Part shown: positions 7,645-16,919 of the stretch, piece after piece
Numbering within the stretch: position 1 is the stretch's first letter
Layout of the letters: each line of letters starts with the position of its first letter
IMG/VR virus record: IMGVR_UViG_3300045988_013117
Strand: one strand, 5' to 3'
Length of the DNA: 44,370 bases
Origin: a virus
Notes under the pieces: generated by a model
Database searches by the model: none
What the model was told of the DNA's origin: nothing
The model's input: the letters and a program-made list of their open reading frames with translations, nothing else
Translations under genes and position numbers: made by a program

Positions 7645-7838
7645 TCAATCACCTTCCTTTTGTGGGGGGGGGCTTGGAATCCAATGGGGCGCTGTCTGGA
7701 TTTCTCCAAGATCAGCGTTTGATTGGACAGTTCCACTTCAATCTTCAAAGTTTTATAGGGCAAGCGTTCAGCCCATTGTTCAATCTTTTTCAAAATCTGC
7801 TGTTGCTCAAACATGGGCCGTTCCTTCCTATTGCTCAA
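7632..7838 (-). CDS. Small hypothetical protein between terL and portal
   Basis: A 68-aa ORF. The start is uncertain (an internal MFEQQQ is possible). It contains a C9 run on the coding strand. Confidence 0.35.
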   Translation of the reverse strand: MSNRKERPMFEQQQILKKIEQWAERLPYKTLKIEVELSNQTLILEKSRQRPIGFQAPPHKRKVIECYF

Positions 7839-7892
7839 TAAACACAGACCCCCGGAAACACTTGATTTCCGGGGCCTGTTGTTACTACCGTG

Positions 7893-9224
7893 TTACTCAA
7901 AGCTAAAGGCAGAACCAACCAGCATATCTTCAAGGGCATAACGCATAGCGTCCATCAGGTGGTTAAAATCATCAATGGGAATGTTGATCTTGGTTCCAAA
8001 CTTATCTTCATCCCAAGTGTAGTTTGAAATTTCAGTGATGAAGTTCACACACCGGGGATGAATGATGATGGTATAGCCTTGAATGTACTGAATGCCATTG
8101 TTCACGCTGTCCTTGCCCTTCCGGGCGGCTCTGATACGATGAAGGCCAGCTTCCCGCAATTCGTCAATGCTCTTGGGTTCCGCACAATCGGCCTTGATCC
8201 GTTCCTTGGCATAGCCCATAGCCGTTACCCGGTCACAAATGGCCCGGTTGGTCAAGGCTTTTTCATACAGTTCATCAAATACCCAAATGGTCTTTTCTTC
8301 CTTGCTAACAAGCCCACAGAAAAGCGCCGTTGGGTCATTGGTATAACCAAAGTCAAGGCCAAAGGCGGATTTCACACCAGCCTTGGCGCTTACTTCCTTC
8401 ACATTGAAGGATTCTTCCCGCCAGTTCTCAAAGATCAGACCATCCACAATACCCCAACCACCAAGGCCAGCCACTTTATAGCGCCGGGGGTTGGTTTCCT
8501 TCATAGTCTGGAAAACCTTCAGATCAGCTTCATCCAGCCATTCATTACACAGATAATTGGTGGTGGTTGCGAAAATCTGACCATCAGGGGAAATCCAGCT
8601 ATCATGGAATTTGTAAACGGGGTTCCCTTGGGCATCCTTGCCGGTGATTTCTCCAAAGAACCGTTTCCTGATCCAATGCTTTTCATTCCACGGGTTGAAA
8701 GTCAAAGTGATTTGCTTGAACAGGCCGGTTTCTTCCGGGATAGCACCACGGATGGATTCATCAAGCATATTGAAATCATCTTCATTCATGATTTCATAGG
8801 CTTCTTCAATCCAGCACCAGCACAAATAGCCAATTTCAACCGTGATGGAAGTAACCTTCAGGGGATCATCAAGGCCCCTGAAGTAAATCTTCTGACCGGT
8901 TGGAATATAGGTCATTTCAAGGGGGCTTTCTTTGACTTCCCAATAAGACTGAACCCCAAGCCGGTTTATTGCCCACTTCAATTCCGTGAAACAGCTATCC
9001 TTCAAGGTTCTGAACACTTTACGAACCACAAGGGTATTGGCTTCCGGGTATTGCATCATTCTTTTGATGATGTTCAGGGCCGTGGTTTTGGATTTCTTTG
9101 AAGCACGGGAACCCTTACAAACCCGGTAACGGCCTTTGAAGTTCCAATAAGTGGCGTAACCTTTGCCCACCACTTCAGGAAGGCGGATCACCTTTGCTTT
9201 GGGGTTAATCTTCAAGTTGATCAT
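7893..9224 (-). CDS. terL: Terminase large subunit (PBSX/XtmB-like)
   Basis: The ORF is open to 9284, but the ATG at 9224 (MINLKINPKAK...) has a G-rich SD and overlaps the terS end. An ATPase region (KGSRASKKSKT) is followed by a nuclease region. Confidence 0.9.
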   Translation of the reverse strand: MINLKINPKAKVIRLPEVVGKGYATYWNFKGRYRVCKGSRASKKSKTTALNIIKRMMQYPEANTLVVRKVFRTLKDSCFTELKWAINRLGVQSYWEVKESPLEMTYIPTGQKIYFRGLDDPLKVTSITVEIGYLCWCWIEEAYEIMNEDDFNMLDESIRGAIPEETGLFKQITLTFNPWNEKHWIRKRFFGEITGKDAQGNPVYKFHDSWISPDGQIFATTTNYLCNEWLDEADLKVFQTMKETNPRRYKVAGLGGWGIVDGLIFENWREESFNVKEVSAKAGVKSAFGLDFGYTNDPTALFCGLVSKEEKTIWVFDELYEKALTNRAICDRVTAMGYAKERIKADCAEPKSIDELREAGLHRIRAARKGKDSVNNGIQYIQGYTIIIHPRCVNFITEISNYTWDEDKFGTKINIPIDDFNHLMDAMRYALEDMLVGSAFSFE

Positions 9225-9627
9225 CCCCCATGATAACCACGGGAACAGCGCCGCCCAAATCCATTTTGTCACTGAACAGGGCATAACGCTTGCCGATCAA
9301 TTCAGCGGCCTTGATCCGTTCTTTTGCGGAAACCTCAATATCCGTGATTGTCTGAATGCCATCACCGGCCAGCTTCAAAACCTGTTCGGTATGCTCACCC
9401 CGCATCACAGCGGTAAGGTATTCAAGAACTTCTTGGGCATCGGCAATCTTGGCGGAATGAAGTTTTTCAAGTTCGGTGTCAATGTACTGCTTCAGGTCAA
9501 CAAAAGTCAGCAATCTTTGTCCGATACTCTTTGCGGTCTTGGGCGAATACCCGGCCTTAATCGCCGCATCGGTAGCGTTGCCGCTGATCAGGTATTCATC
9601 ACAAAACTTCCGTTGTCTGGTGTTCAC
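9205..9627 (-). CDS. terS: Terminase small subunit (Terminase_2-like)
   Basis: A 140-aa ORF whose N-terminus (RQRKFCDEYLISGNATDAAIKAGYSPKTA) is the typical HTH of this family. It uses a GTG start with an AAAGGGGG SD. Confidence 0.85.
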   Translation of the reverse strand: MNTRQRKFCDEYLISGNATDAAIKAGYSPKTAKSIGQRLLTFVDLKQYIDTELEKLHSAKIADAQEVLEYLTAVMRGEHTEQVLKLAGDGIQTITDIEVSAKERIKAAELIGKRYALFSDKMDLGGAVPVVIMGDDQLED

Positions 9628-9716
9628 AGGTATTCACCCCCTTTTTCAGCATAGAAAAAGCGCCCCCGGTGTCCCCGTTGGCGCAATTTCATACATACAG
9701 AATATCAGAAAAAATA

Positions 9717-10184
9717 CTAAACTTTCAACCGGTCACTATCAACTTTTAGAAAGTCAGCGTTGGCGGTACAGAATGACAGCAAAGCCTTACCGTGAATTTC
9801 AAAAAGCCATTGGGTGGTGTATTCAAATTCTGCCGCTAAATCCTCCCATTTTTTCATCTGGATATATCGCCCGATCAAAACATTCTGCTGATCAAGGTCA
9901 GGAATTTTTCCGATCCGATTGAAGGCATCCTTCTTCATATCAACAAGTTCATCAATCCGGGCATTTATATCATCTTCAAGGGCAATGATCTTCACAACCG
10001 TTTCACCTAAAGTATCTTTTGCGCCGGAAGTCTGTACCTTGTCGGGCTTCAGCTCATAATTTTGGCTGGTCAAGCTGGAACGCAAGGTGTTCACTGTATC
10101 TGTCAACCGCTGGATCAAGCGATCAGTTTTCCGAATTTGGGAAAAGTAATCCTTGGCCCTTTGGCAAAGTTCTTTTTCAGTCAC
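9717..10184 (-). CDS. Sigma-70 region-4-like late transcription regulator (DUF1492/ArpU/RinA-type position)
   Basis: A 155-aa ORF directly upstream of terS. Its C-terminal segment QNVLIGRYIQMKKWEDLAAEFEYTTQWLFEIHGKALLSF looks like a sigma r4 HTH. Confidence 0.55.
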   Translation of the reverse strand: MTEKELCQRAKDYFSQIRKTDRLIQRLTDTVNTLRSSLTSQNYELKPDKVQTSGAKDTLGETVVKIIALEDDINARIDELVDMKKDAFNRIGKIPDLDQQNVLIGRYIQMKKWEDLAAEFEYTTQWLFEIHGKALLSFCTANADFLKVDSDRLKV

Positions 10185-10257
10185 TATGTATCACACATCC
10201 TTTCAGATCATGTTGAATGGGGTCAAAGACACACAGCATCAGGGTTTCCGGGATTTC

Positions 10258-10367
10258 CTTCAACATTCAAGATCAAAAGCGCATTCTTCACTATATAGGT
10301 TTTTTTCTTACTATATATTTTTTTCTTTTATTTGAATTGAATATATGCACCATCTTGAATGTTGAAG
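10258..10367. repeat. Copy A of an AT-rich element bounded by 16-bp inverted repeats (CTTCAACATTCAAGAT ... ATCTTGAATGTTGAAG)
   Basis: The inverted repeats lie at 10258..10273 and 10352..10367. A 34-nt core at 10314..10347 is identical to 26949..26982. Confidence 0.85.
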
Positions 10368-10482
10368 AATTTTCCCAAAAAGCAAGGTATATCAAGGGTT
10401 TCCACCCCTTCAATATCCATTCACTATTCCAACCACAACCGCTGAAGTGTTTTGGCGGAGGCGTTTTCTTGAAAGTTAATTT

Positions 10483-10740
10483 TCAAAAGTGAAAAATCCG
10501 GTATATCAGCGCCTTCACTCTGACCTTGAAGAACATCCAGCGCAGTTTCCACCAAAACTTCTTTGGGGCCTTTCCAACAAAAGTTATTGAAAAGTCATCA
10601 AGGATGGGTGGAAAATCAGATGGATCAGCTTCCATTGGAATTTTGATTTCTTGAATGCTGATCACTTCAGCAATCGGTTCACCATTAATATACAGGGTTC
10701 CAGTTCTGGTGTTATTCTCCGGCCCCATCATCCACCACAC
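10483..10740 (-). CDS. Hypothetical protein
   Basis: An 85-aa ORF in the same orientation as the surrounding operon. No motif recognised. Confidence 0.4.
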   Translation of the reverse strand: MWWMMGPENNTRTGTLYINGEPIAEVISIQEIKIPMEADPSDFPPILDDFSITFVGKAPKKFWWKLRWMFFKVRVKALIYRIFHF

Positions 10741-10894
10741 CCTTTTTGAAGTATTGCGCCGGGGTCATTTTCGTTACGGTGATCTTGATCACATTGGGAT
10801 TGTTCAAAAGGTCGATAGCTTCTTCAAGGGTGGCGGAATCATTTTTATAATCGAAAACCGCCTTCCCCGAAGCATATTGAAACTTAATTTTCAA
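10712..10894 (-). CDS. Hypothetical protein
   Basis: A 60-aa ORF tightly packed with its neighbours. Confidence 0.4.
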   Translation of the reverse strand: MKIKFQYASGKAVFDYKNDSATLEEAIDLLNNPNVIKITVTKMTPAQYFKKGVVDDGAGE

Positions 10895-11100
10895 CGGTAT
10901 TCCCTCCCGGTCTTTTTGTCCTTCAGTTCAACCCGATTCAACAGGTCATAACCGGCCAAGCGGATAATGTACTTCAGAACAAAGATCAAGGTGTTCAGGC
11001 GCTTTTGCTGTTCATCTTCTTCCCGAATGATAGGCTTCAGCCCTTCATAAGCCGTAGGGTCAGCATACCCTTCTTTGTTCTGCCAAGGTTTAGTTCCCAC
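10891..11100 (-). CDS. Hypothetical protein
   Basis: A 69-aa ORF with a 4-nt overlap with the downstream gene. Confidence 0.45.
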   Translation of the reverse strand: MGTKPWQNKEGYADPTAYEGLKPIIREEDEQQKRLNTLIFVLKYIIRLAGYDLLNRVELKDKKTGREYR

Positions 11101-11458
11101 GATCCTTCAACCTCCCATCTGAAACAATAGTGATCCCGGTTTCTTCCTTCAGGGTTTTGTGAATATCTTCAAGGGATACATAACCTTTTTCAAAGCTATC
11201 ATACAGTTCAAGAACAGCATCCGTGAACCGTTCACACCGAACCGGGCCGAAACCAAACTTATCATGAAGGATCATCACCGGCAATCCCAACATCAGAAGG
11301 AAGGCTTTGTTGGCCGCATCCTTGGAAGCGTCCTGTTTGATCTTTTCAACATCCGCCGCTTTGATATTCACCACGGGTTCTTTTTTAACCGGAAGCCCCG
11401 CTTTCTTGGCTTTCCGCCGTTCAGCCCTGTTCATGGTATTCACTCCAAATATCATCAA
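11090..11458 (-). CDS. Hypothetical protein
   Basis: A 122-aa ORF with a basic N-terminus (RAERRKAKKAG). The start is uncertain. Confidence 0.45.
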   Translation of the reverse strand: MMIFGVNTMNRAERRKAKKAGLPVKKEPVVNIKAADVEKIKQDASKDAANKAFLLMLGLPVMILHDKFGFGPVRCERFTDAVLELYDSFEKGYVSLEDIHKTLKEETGITIVSDGRLKDRGN

Positions 11459-12080
11459 AGCAAACCGGGATCATGGAATGAACTTTGTCCAGAAGGATCA
11501 GGGCCACTTCCCGCATCTGCGGGTGTGCGGCGGGGGAACAGCGCAACTTCAGGAAGTGCCGCCACTCCCGAATGTCAGCGGTCATAACCACTTCCGTTTT
11601 CAGGCTGTTGGGCAGAACAGAACGGGCTTCTTGCGGGGTAAGACGCTTTGTGTTTCCATTCAACAGCCTGAAATAATAGGCTTCTGCCATTTCACACGCA
11701 TCCCGCCATACAACATAGCTTCCAGTTCCATCTTCCAAAAAGCAAGGCTTGATCACGGTGATTTCAGAACCAAAGCCTTCCTTGGAATAGTTGCAGTATC
11801 GGGTGGATTCTTGGCAATATGCCGCCAGCCGGTGCCGAACAATTTCATGGGAAACCCCACGATCACAAATGAACTTGACCGTGAAGGAACAGTGTTCCAG
11901 AACTGCTTCATGGCCCCGTTTGATGATCCCGGCCACGAATGCCGGGGCGCTGGTGTCGGTGATCTTGGCTTCAGACTTATAGCAAACCCGCCCACACTGT
12001 TCAAGGTGCTTCAGAATTGCGGCCCCATCAATCGGGGTGATAAATTCCACATCAGCATTGATAATCTTCATGGTGTTCAT
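11421..12080 (-). CDS. thyX: FAD-dependent thymidylate synthase ThyX
   Basis: The ThyX signature HEIVRHRLAAYCQESTRY (RHR...S..ES.RY) and a downstream W..F..LR motif are present. The ORF is 219 aa. Confidence 0.85.
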   Translation of the reverse strand: MNTMKIINADVEFITPIDGAAILKHLEQCGRVCYKSEAKITDTSAPAFVAGIIKRGHEAVLEHCSFTVKFICDRGVSHEIVRHRLAAYCQESTRYCNYSKEGFGSEITVIKPCFLEDGTGSYVVWRDACEMAEAYYFRLLNGNTKRLTPQEARSVLPNSLKTEVVMTADIREWRHFLKLRCSPAAHPQMREVALILLDKVHSMIPVCFDDIWSEYHEQG

Positions 12081-12535
12081 CCTTTCTTCTGGTAAGCATC
12101 ATATCTCTGATCATTCAGCCGGGAACAATGGCCGCACACAGAATCATTCCAAGGGCGGTTGATATTTGCACAGCCTTCACACGGATCACCAATGGTTCTG
12201 GTTGGTATGTCCTGAAGTTCCGGGTGTTTGATTTCCATGTAAAGGGCAAACAGGATATTCCAAGCCGCCGCCCGAAGGTGGGGTTCATCCTTCATACCTA
12301 TCATGTACTTGGCAAGGTGGCGGAAGGCCGAATCAATCAGGCTGTGAATGGGAATGCCCTTTTCACAGTTGCGTTCCCCGTACTTCAGCGCCCCTTCTTC
12401 ACAATGCTTGGAAACTTCCACAAGGGCTTCCCACGGCAATAAATCCATGCGGCCTTTGCCGGTGTGCATATCCCGAACCGCCCCGGTATCAAACCGGGTG
12501 CGCTCTCCGCTATCTTTGATTTCCATTTCAATCAT
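12077..12535 (-). CDS. dATP/dGTP pyrophosphohydrolase-like protein (DUF5664/MazG-like all-alpha NTP-PPase)
   Basis: The start is taken at MIEMEIKD. Its ATG overlaps the primase stop (ATGATTGA), with GGAAAGG upstream. Motifs RFDTGAVRD...GKGRMDLLP...GALKYGERN are present. The 95-codon upstream extension in the ORF track overlaps the primase gene and is rejected. Confidence 0.65.
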   Translation of the reverse strand: MIEMEIKDSGERTRFDTGAVRDMHTGKGRMDLLPWEALVEVSKHCEEGALKYGERNCEKGIPIHSLIDSAFRHLAKYMIGMKDEPHLRAAAWNILFALYMEIKHPELQDIPTRTIGDPCEGCANINRPWNDSVCGHCSRLNDQRYDAYQKKG

Positions 12536-14429
12536 CCTTTCCGGTAACAAATACCCGACATTTTCCAAGTCGGTTGATCCACTTATCAACAATGATGAAC
12601 CCACAGCGTTTAGTGATTTGCCGTGAAAATTCAATGTTGGAAAGGGCTTGGAAGTTATTAGAAATACAGTATTCCTTATACTTCCGGTAAACTGTTTTTG
12701 TGGGTTCATTTTCAATACCTTCAAGCCCAACTTCTTTGATGAAGCCAATGATGGGGTTGTTGTTCTGTTCATATTCGTCAAGCTGTCCCTGAACTCTGCT
12801 GGAAGTGGTGAACTTGGCATTCATCAGAACCCGGCGCAAGGCTTTCAGCCCCAACAAAATCAGATATTCCATTGAATCTTGTTCACACAATTCATCCTTG
12901 ATGAATGGGCGGAAATCAGGATCATTGGGGGTAAACTTGGCATCAAATGGGACGATCACCAGCCGCCTTTGAACGGCTCCGGTCTTATCCTTCATGCGGG
13001 GAATGTTGTTGGCGCTGAACAGGAATTTGGCATAGTTGTTGAATTCAAAGGGGTCTTGGCCTTTTCGCTCCACATTCACCCGGTCACCGGTCACCAGCTT
13101 CTTGAATACAGAAGCATTGGCAATGAATTCATCCCCAATATCATCACCAATGTTCGCCAGCTTTCCGAAAAGTTCAGCGGTTTTGAACCTGTCCCCAAGT
13201 TCCTTCAGGTCAAGTGAAGCAATATTCCGATCCCCCAACATATTCTTGACCACATGAAGGAAGGTTGATTTGCCGTTGCTCTTGTCGCCAATCAGGATGA
13301 AGGCTTTGCCAAGTTCATTGCGCCGGTAAAGGCAATAACCAACCATTTCTTCCAGCAAAGCCCGAACTTCAGGATCATTACAGGCAAGCCGGTTCAGGGT
13401 GTAATCCAGAAGTTCATTATGTGCGGCGGGGTTGTAAGGCCAAGGAATCTTATTGGTGATCACAATATCCGGTGTAAACTCGCTGAAAGAATCATCACGG
13501 ATATTGTAAAGGCCATTGCTGAAGGCAATCACATTGGGGTTGGTGGCTCTGGTTTCTCCCTCTGTCTGGAACATTACTTCCAAATAGGACAACACTTCTG
13601 ACCGGTGCGCCCGTTTCAGGTTGGGAATGTGCTTGATCATTTGGGCTTCAATTTCCATAGCGCCGGGAACATAGATACCATCCCGGTAAATGTGAAGCTG
13701 GTTATTGATCTTTACAATGTGATTATTGTTCTTCAGATACACCGCAAACTTATCAAACAGAAAGGTTTTATCCTTGAAGAAGATAGGTTTCTTGAATGCT
13801 TCATCCCGAAGGATGGTTTCAAGTTCCCGATCCGGCAAAGGATCATCAAGAATATACCGGTTGATCATGCGGATGGTTTCACGGGCTTCTTCTTTGGTGA
13901 AGTCCTCGCTTTGAAGCGTCAGAATATAGTTGAACAGGGCTTGGTTCCGTCCGTCCCCGGCTCTCATATCCAAGAACTTCATGCTGGTTTTTACCGGGGT
14001 AAGCCATTTGGGAAGGTCTTGAATATCATCTTCCGGGCAATCCAGAAGAACTTCCCGATCCACCCCATTGAAGCGCATAATGGCATAACTGTTGTTCCGG
14101 CCAACCTTGGCATCTGTTTCAATACCAAGCGCCAAGGTTTGCTTTGTCCAGCTTTTTTCCACATACCCTTCCGGGTTTCTGAAATAGAAGTGCTTTCCCC
14201 GTGTGGTCTTATACACCCGGCATTTCAGGCCCAAATCCTGAACAATCTGGAAAAGAAGATCACTGGTTTCCGCATCATCCACATCAATCAGAATTGTTTC
14301 TTCTCCAAGAATTCCGGCGTATTCGTCAAGGTCTTGAACATCTTCAAGGCGGTTCAATCTTTTCCGCCCTTTGAATTTTTCAAGGCATTGCTTGTCCTTT
14401 GTCGGTACATATCCCCGAAAAAGTTGCAT
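12528..14429 (-). CDS. Primase-helicase (prim-pol N-terminal domain plus P4/D5-type SF3 helicase)
   Basis: A 633-aa ORF with Walker A GDKSNGKST and P4-family C-terminal architecture. Confidence 0.85.
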   Translation of the reverse strand: MQLFRGYVPTKDKQCLEKFKGRKRLNRLEDVQDLDEYAGILGEETILIDVDDAETSDLLFQIVQDLGLKCRVYKTTRGKHFYFRNPEGYVEKSWTKQTLALGIETDAKVGRNNSYAIMRFNGVDREVLLDCPEDDIQDLPKWLTPVKTSMKFLDMRAGDGRNQALFNYILTLQSEDFTKEEARETIRMINRYILDDPLPDRELETILRDEAFKKPIFFKDKTFLFDKFAVYLKNNNHIVKINNQLHIYRDGIYVPGAMEIEAQMIKHIPNLKRAHRSEVLSYLEVMFQTEGETRATNPNVIAFSNGLYNIRDDSFSEFTPDIVITNKIPWPYNPAAHNELLDYTLNRLACNDPEVRALLEEMVGYCLYRRNELGKAFILIGDKSNGKSTFLHVVKNMLGDRNIASLDLKELGDRFKTAELFGKLANIGDDIGDEFIANASVFKKLVTGDRVNVERKGQDPFEFNNYAKFLFSANNIPRMKDKTGAVQRRLVIVPFDAKFTPNDPDFRPFIKDELCEQDSMEYLILLGLKALRRVLMNAKFTTSSRVQGQLDEYEQNNNPIIGFIKEVGLEGIENEPTKTVYRKYKEYCISNNFQALSNIEFSRQITKRCGFIIVDKWINRLGKCRVFVTGKDD

Positions 14430-14432
14430 GGT

Positions 14433-16250
14433 TCAGATCCCCCCCCCATCCTTTTGAACTCCAAAATCAGACAACCGGCTCCAAGCCGTATCAATGTAAT
14501 ATTGTTTATCCAGTTCATCAGGAATGGGGAGATTGGTCACATCATCATTGATGAAGAAACAATGCTCCGGGGTGTTGGCAAACTGTTCCGGGTTTTTCTG
14601 CCGCCCCTTTACAACCTTCCCGGACACTTTGAACAATCCGCCCTTGGAATGATCCTTGGAAGCAAACACCCTAAAGGTTTTATCCGTCTGAACTTCACCG
14701 CCCCGGAACCGTTTAACGGTCTTGGAACGGCCCTTTTCATCCCTGATTTTCTCCATAGTGATCACCGGGGAATAAAGTGCATATTTGTATTTGCTGGAAA
14801 CCTTAACCACTTTTTGAAAATCCCGAAGGGAATTACAGTTTTCAATAGTTTCTTCCGGGGTGGTTCCATACAGGAAGAAAGAAATAATGGCCTGATTGAC
14901 AATGGGAAGATCATAGTCCAGATCAGAAAGTTTCTTCACATAGGCCCCCTTACATTTCCACCGGGGCTTTCCCTTTTCGTCCCGTAACGGGCCAGCGGGG
15001 ACAATCAGGTAATTGTTCACATCCTTCTGAAACACCTTTTGGAATTCATCAAATTCCAGCCGCATACCGGTTCTTTCTTCCCACTCCCAACAAATATCAT
15101 CAACCAAATCAAAATCTTCATAGCGGCGCAATTTGATCAAAATACCATCGGTGTTGCTCTGGATAATGTCACAGTAATCTTCCAACCGTTCAATCAAATC
15201 CAGAAGAAGAAGCTGACCACCAACACACACATTATTTGCTTGTCGGGGATCATACATGGCATTGTGGCGATCCTTCATAGCCCCATAGGTGCTGTTCAGA
15301 ACGATCTTGTAAGGCTGTTGCATGGGGTTCTTTTCTGCCTTCAGCTTCAGGCGGGTGTGGTAAATTTCATCATACTTGGCCGGGTCTGCAACATTCCGGC
15401 TGATCCATCCATACCGAAGCATCAAAGAAGGATAATAGGAAGCCACATCAACATTGACATACCAGCCTTCCCCAAAGTATTTGGGGGTTGCTCCATGTAG
15501 CCCACCCCAAGCAAACACATGGGGAACCCCGGCCACTTCAATTTCAAGAGATTTGGAATAGTCCCGGTTCAAGGGGTTTTTATACCAGTTCAAAACCTCT
15601 GTATAGCGTTCAATCCGCAAGGTTTCCGGGAACTGGATTTCAAATTCATCATTATGATCCCGTTGAACCGCTCCAAGGATTTTGGCGGAAAGCTGGGCTT
15701 TTGTCCGTCCAATATCGGAAATGGGAAGGTTGAAGGCTTTCACCAGTGACATTTGGGCATCAAATTCATCTTCTTTACGCCGCAACCATACTTCCACAGT
15801 TTCTTCCACATCATGGCGGCAATATTTGACCGTTTCAGCCAATTCTTCTTCCGTCAATGGGCGGTCAATGTCGAAGGGAACCGTGGTTTCTTTGATGGAA
15901 TGCCCCATGAAGGCTTCCAGCGCCTTCAGGCTAATGGGTGGGTTCGGCATCACATCATAGTTGATCAAGGGGTAATTTCTAAACAGGCTGGAAAACCTAT
16001 AACCGGGCTTATCCTGAAGGATGATCCAATCATTCACCTGTTTGGGATTGAACCCGCACAAGATACCCTTCAAAATGTACTGATCATAGTTCCGGCTGTT
16101 ATATCCGGCCCAAATGGTGCCTTTTTGCTTCTCATAGAAGCGGCTCAATTTTTCAGGGTCATTGATGATCACGGTTTCTTCCTTGGCGTTCAGGTCTATC
16201 AGCACCACCAGCCAATCATAAGCGAACACCTCGAAATCATAAAAGATCAT
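14433..16250 (-). CDS. Family B DNA polymerase
   Basis: Motifs seen: Exo I FYDFEVF, motif A DVASYYPSLM, motif B KIVLNSTYG, motif C-like SNTDGI. The ATG at 16250 is preferred over the GTG at 16262. Confidence 0.8.
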   Translation of the reverse strand: MIFYDFEVFAYDWLVVLIDLNAKEETVIINDPEKLSRFYEKQKGTIWAGYNSRNYDQYILKGILCGFNPKQVNDWIILQDKPGYRFSSLFRNYPLINYDVMPNPPISLKALEAFMGHSIKETTVPFDIDRPLTEEELAETVKYCRHDVEETVEVWLRRKEDEFDAQMSLVKAFNLPISDIGRTKAQLSAKILGAVQRDHNDEFEIQFPETLRIERYTEVLNWYKNPLNRDYSKSLEIEVAGVPHVFAWGGLHGATPKYFGEGWYVNVDVASYYPSLMLRYGWISRNVADPAKYDEIYHTRLKLKAEKNPMQQPYKIVLNSTYGAMKDRHNAMYDPRQANNVCVGGQLLLLDLIERLEDYCDIIQSNTDGILIKLRRYEDFDLVDDICWEWEERTGMRLEFDEFQKVFQKDVNNYLIVPAGPLRDEKGKPRWKCKGAYVKKLSDLDYDLPIVNQAIISFFLYGTTPEETIENCNSLRDFQKVVKVSSKYKYALYSPVITMEKIRDEKGRSKTVKRFRGGEVQTDKTFRVFASKDHSKGGLFKVSGKVVKGRQKNPEQFANTPEHCFFINDDVTNLPIPDELDKQYYIDTAWSRLSDFGVQKDGGGI

Positions 16251-16379
16251 CTTTTCACCCACTTTCTAAATGTACTTTCGGTGAATCAGTGGAAACAGCC
16301 CCGCCACGGGAAGGCTTCACCTTGGGGCCAACCGGGGCAAGCGCCCCGGCCTTGAAAGTTAAGGTTCAAACCCGGCTTG

Positions 16380-16395
16380 GTGTCCTTTAGGACAC
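16380..16395. promoter_or_regulatory. 16-bp palindromic operator GTGTCCTTTAGGACAC
   Basis: A perfect 6-4-6 palindrome located 4 nt downstream of a minus-strand -10 element. It is one of three copies of this site. Confidence 0.55.
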
Positions 16396-16399
16396 TTTT

Positions 16400-16428
16400 A
16401 TTGTAAAAAAATTTTCGCCGGTTTTCAA
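16400..16428 (-). promoter_or_regulatory. Sigma-70-like promoter TTGAAA-17-TACAAT reading into the polymerase operon
   Basis: On the minus strand the -35 is at 16428..16423 and the -10 at 16405..16400. Confidence 0.5.
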
Positions 16429-16895
16429 TCCTCAACTTCAAAAACTTCATCAATGGTGATGGAATTGAAACGGGAATCATCGTAATCCACCGCATATTCC
16501 AACTTTCCATCAATGGCTTCCGCAATGTCAAGGACAAGCTGGGAAAACTGCTTGTAGCTGGTGAAGCTGACCGGAATCCCGGAATCCAGCTTATCAAGGA
16601 ATCCCATAGCGGAAGCAATCATGTTCTTGTCGTTCTTGGTGCCGTACAGAACACGGTTCATGAAAAGGCGCTGGTTCTTATACTCGCCGGAAAGAATCTT
16701 AAAGGACACGGCCAGCATGGGGCGGTTGGGGTCTGCCTTGGTTCCCTTGATTTCCATGCTCTCCACACGGGCTTCATACTTACCAGCGGGAATGGTGGGG
16801 AAATCCCCGCCGCCGTTCTTCTTGGCTTCCTCCACATCGGCCTGAAGGCCCTTCAGATCAACAGTACGATCAATCTTGTCAAAGTCGATAGCCAT
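16425..16895 (-). CDS. DUF669-family protein (recombination/ssDNA-binding module component)
   Basis: A 156-aa ORF with a layout typical of DUF669 as recalled (GKYEARVESMEIKGTK....PMLAVSFKI). It is adjacent to the nuclease/ATPase gene. Confidence 0.65.
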   Translation of the reverse strand: MAIDFDKIDRTVDLKGLQADVEEAKKNGGGDFPTIPAGKYEARVESMEIKGTKADPNRPMLAVSFKILSGEYKNQRLFMNRVLYGTKNDKNMIASAMGFLDKLDSGIPVSFTSYKQFSQLVLDIAEAIDGKLEYAVDYDDSRFNSITIDEVFEVED

Positions 16896-16919
16896 AATAA
16901 ATTTCCTCCTAAATGTATT

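Noticed and set aside
9640-9700. An imperfect hairpin (GCGCC...GGCGC) followed by TTTTT between the late regulator and terS, considered as a terminator or antitermination site.
   Set aside because: The stem is only ~5 bp with a large loop. It is too weak to call without folding energies.
10314-10347. The shared 34-nt core of the inverted-repeat element, considered as a sigma-70 promoter (TTGAAT or TTCAAT as the -35).
   Set aside because: No acceptable -10 element lies at 16-18 nt on the plus strand. The minus strand offers only TTCAAT-18-TATATA or TATAAA. The two copies also face genes in opposite relative orientation, so a simple promoter assignment is not supported.
12536-12820. An upstream 95-codon extension of the dNTP pyrophosphohydrolase ORF.
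   Set aside because: It fully overlaps the 3' end of the primase-helicase gene in another frame. The conserved domain starts at the internal ATG at 12535, which has an SD and a stop/start overlap.
16332-16349. The GC hairpin CCGGGGC-AAGC-GCCCCGG in the ~130-nt leader upstream of the DNA polymerase gene. I considered it as a terminator or riboswitch.
   Set aside because: No U-tract follows on either strand, and I recognise no riboswitch consensus. It may be leader structure, but the evidence is too thin to call.
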